IMG/VR virus record: IMGVR_UViG_3300045988_099631
Coordinates: 32,001-96,000 of that record
Length of the DNA: 64,000 nucleotides
Source: a virus
Reading direction: 5' to 3' (one strand)
The position numbers were made by a program, and so were the translations under genes. Below are positions 52,474-59,779 of this stretch, one piece after another; positions within the stretch are counted from its first letter, which is position 1; each line of letters begins with the position of its first letter. The notes under the pieces were generated by a model. The model was not told the DNA's origin and searched no databases. It saw only the letters and a program-made list of their open reading frames with translations.

Positions 52474-52793
52474 GTCTTGAGATTCGTTACTTAACCAACG
52501 GCACAAAAAACGTCTACGTTGTTGTAGACAGTGCATCGCGCCCGGTTTCTGTCAACTACTACGAAACGCGGGATGAGATTCCGGTTCAGATTCGGCACTA
52601 TGCTCCCGAAGGAAAACCGATGTTCGTCGGTCCTGACGGAGCGCGGCTCTTTTTCGCAATGAAGGTGCTGTATCCAGAGCTGATGTGCGAATACTGCGGA
52701 AAGCCCGGATATTCAGGTGCTGTTTGCATATTTGAATCGTGCGTCGAGCCGTGGAAAACGTGCAAGTACAGGTACACGGGGGCAGGAGCATGA
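52470..52793 (+). CDS. hypothetical protein
   Basis: 107-aa ORF with an ATGA overlap. Confidence 0.45.
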   Translation: MSLEIRYLTNGTKNVYVVVDSASRPVSVNYYETRDEIPVQIRHYAPEGKPMFVGPDGARLFFAMKVLYPELMCEYCGKPGYSGAVCIFESCVEPWKTCKYRYTGAGA

Positions 52794-53113
52794 ACGATAT
52801 CAGGTCGGTTGATTTCAGCGACGCGCAGCTTAAATCGCTCCTGTTTGAGGTGTACAGTGCAGGCTTTGAAGCCGGATATTCCCGATGTACAGACATACGC
52901 ACTGGTTTCAACACATGGTATCATGATGTAATTCAGAAAGACAATCTGCCGATCTACGCGGTACTTGACAGTACCGACAAGGACGTGCGGGATGCAATCG
53001 ATAGCGTCTGCTGTATCAAAACGATCTTGTATTCAGGCCACTATGAACACATCCGGCCGCAGTTTGAATATGCGGTCAAAGTATTAAAAGATTTCATCGC
53101 TGAAAGGTGTTGA
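52790..53113 (+). CDS. hypothetical protein
   Basis: Trimmed to MNDIRSVDFSD (ATGA overlap). Confidence 0.45.
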   Translation: MNDIRSVDFSDAQLKSLLFEVYSAGFEAGYSRCTDIRTGFNTWYHDVIQKDNLPIYAVLDSTDKDVRDAIDSVCCIKTILYSGHYEHIRPQFEYAVKVLKDFIAERC

Positions 53114-53729
53114 GATACCATCTGAGTTTGGCTAGTTCGCACAAGCGTTCCGCTGTGTAGAAAATCGGAACCCATGAAAGTCCTCGTTGCGCTGATACGC
53201 CAAACACAACAGCGCGGGCAAAAATCGTTGGTGAATATCGCGCGTAACACGCAACGTTGACTGCTGTTCAATAATTCGGGAAACAGACAAAGAGCAGGCT
53301 TGGTTAAAGGCTCATGGTGCGGTGACGAAACCAATTCCGCGCAATATAGGGTGGCGGTCATCCTTGGAGGTGCAGCGGGGTCCGAGTCCCCAAACGGTCA
53401 GGTTCGACTCCTGATCGTGCAAGGTGCAAAACCTCCAGCCTATGTGGCAGATGAATTCGAGCGGCCTCGGAGCCTGTCTTGAAAACAGTGCGCGGTGAAA
53501 GCCGTGGGGTTCGGCACCTCCATCTGCCGCCAGTTGCTGGGTCGCTCCCAGCTGATGTGGGCGGTTCCCGTCTCACCCCACAAAGAATGAAAATGCTCGC
53601 TGAAAACTGCACGGTAGGTGGATCGAGGTTCAAAAGAACGTAGAGCCCACAACGTAATGGTTCTGTTGAGGATGCCCGTGATGTGACAATCTAAGCGAGA
53701 AGACGGCCAAAAAGGAAAGGAGAACGCTG
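53114..53729 (+). ncRNA. ORF-free segment of about 615 nt with many local helices and a T-loop hairpin: candidate large structured RNA
   Basis: TGGAGGT...ACCTCCA closes a junction that contains GGGGtccgagtCCCC and TCAGG-TTCGACT-CCTGA. No ORF of 60 aa or more has an RBS here. Confidence 0.3.
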
Positions 53730-53987
53730 GTGTTTGACTACAATCCAAGTAAAAAGAAAGCCGCAGAAGAACTGGACAAATACGACTTCACAAAGCTCCT
53801 GAAACAGTGCTGCAAAATCGGATGGCGCGACCCGCTTTCGATTGGACTAAAGGGAATTGTCGGGAGGTTTCCAGAACTTGAAGACTCGGTGAGGCAGATA
53901 GGCCCAGACGACCTCGTTCACTATCTTATGGCAAAATACCCTGTCTTTTTCAGGCCAAAGGTATCGGTGGAGATGTATTTTCTTTAG
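53730..53987 (+). CDS. hypothetical protein (GTG start)
   Basis: 85-aa ORF with an AAAGGAGAA RBS. Confidence 0.4.
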   Translation: MFDYNPSKKKAAEELDKYDFTKLLKQCCKIGWRDPLSIGLKGIVGRFPELEDSVRQIGPDDLVHYLMAKYPVFFRPKVSVEMYFL

Positions 53988-53997
53988 AATTGTATAC

Positions 53998-54155
53998 GGA
54001 TGCGTGGCCGAGTGGAAAGGCAGCAAGGGTATGCGGTGCAGGAAAGCGCGACACACTCAAACCTATTGGGGTTGAAGAAGCCACCTCGGACGGGAACAAA
54101 GCTCGTCGCATACTGCCTGCACCATGCTGGGTTCAAATCCCAGCCGCATCCACCA
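53998..54155 (+). ncRNA. 158-nt tRNA-like gene: class-II-type D-arm, canonical T-arm, acceptor and CCA, but about 85 extra nt in the middle
   Basis: GGATGCG TG GCCGAGTGGAAAGGC ... GCTGGG TTCAAAT CCCAGC CGCATCC A CCA. The internal helix GGTGCAGG/CCTGCACC encloses the insertion. No standard anticodon arm was found. Confidence 0.4.
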
Positions 54156-54407
54156 TGCCCGCCAACATACGAGGTGGTTACTCGTTAAATCGTAGTTGGA
54201 ATGAAACCTCCGCATCTGGCAGCGGTGTCGTCGGGTTGATATAGCCGATAGCGAAGTTTGGGAGTAAACAAGCGAAATGGGAACTCCCCACTCAGAAGGA
54301 ATCATCAAATCATGCTTTAAGCGGAAATGCCGCTTACTTGACCGGAGCCTGCTCTGGTCAAGGTTTCAGGTTGGTTCGGCGGGACGCCGCTGCATGAGCC
54401 TGCATAC

Positions 54408-54484
54408 AGGGGTATCGCCAAGCGGTCTAAGGCATGGGACTTTGACTCCCATATTCGCAGGTTCAAATCCTGCTACCCCTGCCA
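54408..54484 (+). tRNA. tRNA-Gln (anticodon TTG), CCA encoded
   Basis: Hand fold: acceptor AGGGGTA/TACCCCT, anticodon arm TGGGA-CTTTGAC-TCCCA, T-arm GCAGG-TTCAAAT-CCTGC. Confidence 0.8.
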
Positions 54485-54754
54485 TAGCCGCCCGTTGGGG
54501 TTCTCCGCGCGACTACATTTAACATGGGGAAAAATACGGCTATCCATTCATGCACGCAATAGCGTGATCGTGAAGTGTAGCGGCCCCGGCTAAAGGCGCT
54601 GACCCACAGCGTCCAAGGAGAACGAGGCAAAAATGCAGCTATAGGGGCCAGAAAGCGGGATAGTCGCCACGCTGCAATATATGATGGTGCTATAATAAAT
54701 ATTCTTATCATGTAATTTTAACAATGTATTTGTAGCTTATAATAGGAGGACGGC

Positions 54755-54976
54755 ATGGAGGAACTTACTTTTAAGGTGTGCGATCACTGCCACGGGAAGA
54801 TGTTGCCGCAGACGACGAGCCAAACATTTCGATTTAACGGAAAAGAAATAGAAATTAAAGGTATCCAAGGTTACAGATGTGAAAGCTGCGGAAATGAAGT
54901 CTATGAAGCAAAAGAAATCCGAATGATTGATAAAATCATTCGGGCCATGAATGATAAACCGGCTGTGACATCTTAA
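54755..54976 (+). CDS. YgiT/MqsA-type zinc-ribbon protein
   Basis: CDHCHGKM...FRFNGKEIEIKGIQGYRCESCGNEVY. Confidence 0.5.
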   Translation: MEELTFKVCDHCHGKMLPQTTSQTFRFNGKEIEIKGIQGYRCESCGNEVYEAKEIRMIDKIIRAMNDKPAVTS

Positions 54977-55465
54977 ATCTGGATGAAACAGCAGACTATC
55001 TGCGTGTTAGTAATACGAAGCTGTAGACGATGAACGCCTGGTAATACAGGACGGCTCAGCCGATAATGAATGAGTAAGATAGCGTCTACGGAAATAGGAG
55101 CTGTAGTAAACGGAGTGAAATTAGCAGCCATCATATCCCCCGCGCTTGATGCGTGGGGTGCCGAAACCAATGTGTGCTTCGGCCTAAAAGGTAAAGGTCA
55201 AGCGGATATAGACCTTCGTAGAGACGGCACAAGTCTATTTTGGAACGTCCCGTTCAGCTTGCCGGGAAAGACTCACTAGTGGTCGAACCGGATGAATCCG
55301 CACTTGTTCGTAATGCTTGGGGCGAACCGAAATCCGCCAAGCTAGGCAGCACCTTTGAGGACGCTTTCAGGACTGCTGATAAACAAGCGCCGGTGTGCAA
55401 TCACCTGATTTGCCGTTGGTTTGCGCGCAAAACCTCACGTCCGGTACGTTAAGCCGGTCATAGAT

Positions 55466-55540
55466 GGGCCGTTAGCTCAACGGTAGAGCAAGCCGCTCAT
55501 AACGGCTCGGTCGTAGGTTCGACACCTACACGGCCCACCA
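55466..55540 (+). tRNA. tRNA-Met/Ile2-type (anticodon CAT), CCA encoded
   Basis: Hand fold: acceptor GGGCCGT/ACGGCCC, D-arm GCTC-AACGGTA-GAGC, anticodon arm AGCCG-CTCATAA-CGGCT, T-arm GTAGG-TTCGACA-CCTAC. Confidence 0.85.
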
Positions 55541-55567
55541 TTCATTCTTGAGAAAGGAGGATTACAC

Positions 55568-55843
55568 ATGAACAAGGAAGAACTCGTTCAGGCAGTTTCC
55601 AGCATTACCAATATGCCGAAGAACGCCAGCCTTGAAGCTGTCGATGCTGTTTTTGAAGCGATTGAAGAATCTCTTATTTCGCACGAAGATGTCACTATCG
55701 CAGGCTTCGGTAAGTTTGTTGCGAAGTACCAGAAGGCCAGAGATGCGCGGAATCCGAAGACCGGTGAAAACATCAAGGTTCCAGCCCGTTTTTCGGTCAA
55801 ATTCTCGCCGAGCAGCATTCTGAAAAACGCAGTTGCAAAGTAA
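55568..55843 (+). CDS. HU/IHF-family DNA-binding protein
   Basis: MNKEELVQAV...FGKFVAKYQKARDARNPKTGENIKVPARFSVKFSPS. Confidence 0.85.
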   Translation: MNKEELVQAVSSITNMPKNASLEAVDAVFEAIEESLISHEDVTIAGFGKFVAKYQKARDARNPKTGENIKVPARFSVKFSPSSILKNAVAK

Positions 55844-55899
55844 TTCATGGGGCTTCACAGCCCCTATACATATAAAAAATACAGAAAGGATATACTTCT

Positions 55900-56445
55900 A
55901 TGCAGGATATAAGAATCCATCGGGGCGACATTTTCTGGGTTCGTCAGGACTATGCTGCTGTCGGTTCAGAAACGAGAAAGAATCGCCCAGCAATCATTGT
56001 CAGCAACGATAAGAACAATACATATTCCGAAACTGTAGAAATAGTTTATCTTACAACTGCCGAGAAAAAGCCGATGCCTACACACGTTTCCATTGAAACG
56101 ATGGGCAAGCAATCTACTGCGCTTTGTGAGGCTGTCTACACAGTTGACAAGGAACGTTTGGAAAACTATTTTTGCACGCTGACAGCTGACGAAATGAAAC
56201 TTGTTGACCAGGCTGTTCTTGTCTCCCTAGGGCTTACCGCCACTCCGACCTGCATCGTAGGTGTATCCCAATCGTTGGAATCAGAAAAGGTACGCGTTCC
56301 GCTCAACGAGCCATTCGGATTAGAAGACGCATATCGTGTGATTCAGAAGGAACGCGATACGTTGCTTGCACAGAAAGAAATCTATGAGAAGATCTGCGCC
56401 GCTACGCTGCCGTGTTGGCCGAAGGAGGGTGAGTTGGGCGTATGA
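55900..56445 (+). CDS. MazF/PemK-family toxin domain with about 65-aa C-terminal extension
   Basis: RGDIFWV...GSETRKNRPAIIVSND...PTHVSI...ALCEAVYTVDKERL. No upstream antitoxin-like ORF. Confidence 0.7.
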   Translation: MQDIRIHRGDIFWVRQDYAAVGSETRKNRPAIIVSNDKNNTYSETVEIVYLTTAEKKPMPTHVSIETMGKQSTALCEAVYTVDKERLENYFCTLTADEMKLVDQAVLVSLGLTATPTCIVGVSQSLESEKVRVPLNEPFGLEDAYRVIQKERDTLLAQKEIYEKICAATLPCWPKEGELGV

Positions 56446-57542
56446 TTTATCTCGATCATGCTGCTACTTCGCCCCCACTTCAATGCGCAAAGATCGCCTT
56501 CAATGCAGCATCAACGGCAGCGTGGGGGAATCCAAACTCTTTACATTCTTTTGGGCAAAGTGCCAGAAATGCGTTGGAAGCTTCCCGTGAAGCTGTAGCG
56601 CAGTGCTTAAAGTGCGACTCAGATCAAGTGTTCTTCGTTTCCTCTGCAACAGAAGCTTGCAGGATTGCAATCACGAGAATGACGGAAGCATGTAAAAAAA
56701 TCTATGTAACGAAAATAGAACATGCAGCCGTAACCAGCATAACAGACCGCAAGGTATATAGTGACCGCCGGGATGGTAATCGTGGTTTCGTGCATATTCA
56801 CACCAACAACGAAACCGGTGAAATCTATGATTTGAGAAGTGCCTTTTCAGGGTATGATTTGACGTTCTCCGACTGTACCGCAGCCATGGGGAAGCAAAAA
56901 ATCAACTTCCGTGAAAGCGGAATAGACTTCATTTGCGGAGGTGGTCACAAGTTTGGTGCTCCGATTGGAATCGGCGTGTTGATCGCGCGAAATCCGGAAG
57001 CAATCACAACGAATTTTCATTTTGGAACGCCTTCTGCTCCACTCGCAGCCGCATTTGCAGAAGCGTTAGTGTTCAGGACAGACCATATAGAAGAGTTCAA
57101 AAATGCAGCAGCCACCTTGCATGACCGCCTGATTGATGGTATCATGAACGAAGTACCGGACGCACAGCTTAATGGGCTGCTTTACAAGGGAAATGAAATC
57201 ATGCAATCTCCGTACATTGCAAACGTTTCCTTCCCGAACATCGAGAACCACGCACTTGTCCTGCGTCTTGCGGCTGACGGATTGATGGTTTCATCCGGTG
57301 CGGCGTGTTCTAGCGGAGATAACGCCCCGTCCCGTGTGCTTCTCGCTTCCGGATATTCTGAGGAACGCGCACGTTCGGCCATCCGGTTCAGTTTCGATTA
57401 CAAACTCGACCCGAATGCAAATGATATGGGCTATAACTGCGGGCTGAACCTCGAACGATATATCAAAATCGTTGATGACGCAGTAAAAATCGTGGCACGG
57501 AATGTGCGGGAAATGCGGGAAATCGTATCATGCAGAGGCTAA
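56442..57542 (+). CDS. class-V aminotransferase / cysteine desulfurase (NifS/IscS/DndA-like)
   Basis: IYLDHAATSPP, GGHKFGAPIGIGVL (PLP lysine) and SSGAACSSG (catalytic Cys). ATGA overlap with the MazF-like gene. Confidence 0.8.
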   Translation: MIYLDHAATSPPLQCAKIAFNAASTAAWGNPNSLHSFGQSARNALEASREAVAQCLKCDSDQVFFVSSATEACRIAITRMTEACKKIYVTKIEHAAVTSITDRKVYSDRRDGNRGFVHIHTNNETGEIYDLRSAFSGYDLTFSDCTAAMGKQKINFRESGIDFICGGGHKFGAPIGIGVLIARNPEAITTNFHFGTPSAPLAAAFAEALVFRTDHIEEFKNAAATLHDRLIDGIMNEVPDAQLNGLLYKGNEIMQSPYIANVSFPNIENHALVLRLAADGLMVSSGAACSSGDNAPSRVLLASGYSEERARSAIRFSFDYKLDPNANDMGYNCGLNLERYIKIVDDAVKIVARNVREMREIVSCRG

Positions 57543-57555
57543 AATAGGAGGAGCT

Positions 57556-57837
57556 ATGAGAACAGAAGCAGAATACGCAGAGATTGAAAAACTTGCCGGC
57601 AAAGAAACCGTAGAAGCATTAAAAGAGAGTGATGCGGAACGTGACGAAAAACTCAAAGAGATTCGCAGTTTGAAAGAAACTCTTCTCCAAATGAACGCAG
57701 CAGATGTTGGCAACGCTTTTAAGCAGGTTCTTGCAGATGACTTGAACATTAGTCGTGATATAAGGCCACAATCTGATGCCGAACTGGACGCGCTCTGTGC
57801 AATTACAAAAATTCAGCTTCTTGAGCTTGAAACGTAA
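57556..57837 (+). CDS. hypothetical coiled-coil protein
   Basis: Trimmed to MRTEAEYAEIEK with a GGAGGAG RBS. Confidence 0.4.
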   Translation: MRTEAEYAEIEKLAGKETVEALKESDAERDEKLKEIRSLKETLLQMNAADVGNAFKQVLADDLNISRDIRPQSDAELDALCAITKIQLLELET

Positions 57838-57856
57838 AAATATTTTTCATCTGCGC

Positions 57857-57883
57857 GGGACAAAACTGATTTCCCGGTAGAAT
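57857..57883 (+). promoter_or_regulatory. class-B promoter 16 (GGGACA-15-TAGAAT)
   Basis: Motif read upstream of the ATG at 57935. Confidence 0.5.
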
Positions 57884-57934
57884 CATAACTGTAAGCCCTC
57901 ACGGGCACATCAAAAATTATAGGAGGCAAACACA

Positions 57935-58279
57935 ATGGCAATGGATATTCAGGATATGGTGGCTGCAATGGCAGCGAAGAATGAGGCATTCCGTGGGACC
58001 GAGATGGTTCCTGAGAAGGTCGAGGTATACAGCAAACTCAAGGAACACGCGGCAGCGATTTCCAAGGCAATGCGTACCCCGTGGCACGCGGATAATTTGG
58101 GACTGCGTGAGCAGAACACGTTCGTCTACGTTGACTTCCCGCTTCCAGTCAGTATTCTCAATGACAGCATCCGCAATCGCATTTCAGAAATGTACAAGCT
58201 GGCAGATATGGTGACGCTCGCCGATGTCAACTGTCGGCTGCGCATGACATTCACTGTCGCAAATGTTTGGAAGGAATGA
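57935..58279 (+). CDS. hypothetical protein
   Basis: 114-aa ORF with an AGGAGG RBS. Confidence 0.45.
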   Translation: MAMDIQDMVAAMAAKNEAFRGTEMVPEKVEVYSKLKEHAAAISKAMRTPWHADNLGLREQNTFVYVDFPLPVSILNDSIRNRISEMYKLADMVTLADVNCRLRMTFTVANVWKE

Positions 58280-58285
58280 GTGCGC

Positions 58286-58465
58286 ATGGAAGGTAAACTC
58301 CGCACGAACGTAATCAACAAGCGCTATACATTCCATGTGATGTACCGGGAAAAAGATGCTGAGTTCATTACTGTCGAGGCAGAAAGCGTAGATGCAGCAG
58401 CGTTAAAGCTTCCAGAAGACAGATTCTGTTCCGTACTGATGTCAGAGGAAGACTGCGCAGGCTGA
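58286..58465 (+). CDS. hypothetical protein
   Basis: Trimmed to MEGKLRTNV. Confidence 0.4.
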   Translation: MEGKLRTNVINKRYTFHVMYREKDAEFITVEAESVDAAALKLPEDRFCSVLMSEEDCAG

Positions 58466-58486
58466 GTTTTTTTGGGAGGGATTGCG

Positions 58487-58786
58487 ATGAGGAAAATTTT
58501 CGTTGGGAAGCCAAACGGACAGATTCTGGCAAGAGGAAGAGGAACCCCAATGACACCAACGTATGCTGTCGCTAGGGAGCTTTGTCAGCTATGCGGAGGA
58601 AACAGCATCGGCCCAATTCACACAACGCCAAACACACTCCGGTGGCTTGAAGAAAATCATGGTTTGTTTGGTATATTATGCGGCCCAGACTGGGATCACC
58701 AAAAAGAAATCGTCTACATGGGATACAGAATAATCTTCGATTCCGTTGAAGATGGTGTCATGTATTTTGATGACGAACACGACTAA
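58487..58786 (+). CDS. hypothetical protein
   Basis: Trimmed to MRKIFVGKPNG with a GGGAGGG RBS. Confidence 0.4.
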   Translation: MRKIFVGKPNGQILARGRGTPMTPTYAVARELCQLCGGNSIGPIHTTPNTLRWLEENHGLFGILCGPDWDHQKEIVYMGYRIIFDSVEDGVMYFDDEHD

Positions 58787-58794
58787 TATGCAAA

Positions 58795-58831
58795 GAACCG
58801 AGGGAGTCAATTATCCCTCGGTTCTCTTTTG
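58795..58831. terminator. bidirectional terminator at the convergence of the plus and minus arms
   Basis: GAACCGAGGGA gtcaattat CCCTCGGTTC with T-rich flanks on both strands. Confidence 0.6.
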
Positions 58832-58832
58832 C

Positions 58833-59762
58833 TCAGAAACAGAACGCAAAGCTCACGCCGTACAGTCCTGTGATTTCACCGCCGTTTGCAGATCCGGAAG
58901 ACCCTACAAAGCCAAAGCCACCCGCACCTGCAAAGTTTAGTGACCGCTCCCACCATATTGTTGCGGTTCCGTTCTTTGTCTTCACTCTATTTGCGGTGGT
59001 GTAATAGCTGTACTTTGTCCCCTCGCCTGCAGCGGAAACGACTCGGCTGCCAAAAATCTCAATTTCCGAGAGCAGAAACAGTTTATCCGCCGAAGTTGCA
59101 ATAGAATATGATGTTGCCGCGCTCTTTTTGCTGACCTCCCGGACACCGTTTTTAACGCTCTGGGGCATAAGTGCCAGAATGGACGGCAGATATTCTGTTC
59201 GCATTTTACTGCTCTGCCAGCCGCCAACAACTGTTTCTGTATCATTCATGCCGTAACCCGTATCATAGCAGTCATGTAACTGGAACGTCAGCGGAGCTTT
59301 TCCAGAACCATCAGCGTAATCATCATGGCTCTTACCGATGATGTCCACCTGATAATTTGTGCCCCCGATAAGCATTGGCAAACTGTCCCCAACAGACCAT
59401 GTACTTGGAACCTGCCCAGATTGGCAAGCCGAAATGACTTGTCCCCATGTATTGTTGGAAAAAACCGCGTCTGGTGCGAAAGAAATTTGGAGAGATTGTG
59501 TTCCAACTTCGATTTCTTTTGATATGCTAGAATCACCTTTTACAACTGTGATTGTCCATTGGCCCGGTTCATAGACTGTCAGTGTGCAATTCCCACCAGT
59601 GTCTGCTGTTCCAGAAACCGTTGTTGTTCCCTTTGTTGCCGTGACGGTCGCACCTGCGCTCGTTTCCACTGCAATTTGATATACTCCGCCAGATGAGTCT
59701 GGTATTTCGATGGCCTTTCCGCCGACCGAAACTACCTTCCCTCCAACTGTCAATAATCTCAT
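58833..59762 (-). CDS. tail-associated / receptor-binding candidate (Ig-like N-terminus, DUF6273-like C-terminus)
   Basis: 309 aa. The FLLSEIEIFG...WWERS pattern. Follows the tail fibre gene. Confidence 0.45.
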   Translation of the reverse strand: MRLLTVGGKVVSVGGKAIEIPDSSGGVYQIAVETSAGATVTATKGTTTVSGTADTGGNCTLTVYEPGQWTITVVKGDSSISKEIEVGTQSLQISFAPDAVFSNNTWGQVISACQSGQVPSTWSVGDSLPMLIGGTNYQVDIIGKSHDDYADGSGKAPLTFQLHDCYDTGYGMNDTETVVGGWQSSKMRTEYLPSILALMPQSVKNGVREVSKKSAATSYSIATSADKLFLLSEIEIFGSRVVSAAGEGTKYSYYTTANRVKTKNGTATIWWERSLNFAGAGGFGFVGSSGSANGGEITGLYGVSFAFCF

Positions 59763-59779
59763 GGTTATTCATTCCTCCA

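Noticed and set aside
58833-59100. A diversity-generating retroelement targeting the C-terminus of the 309-aa tail-associated protein.
   Set aside because: No reverse transcriptase gene and no template-repeat copy of the 3' coding region was seen in the window.
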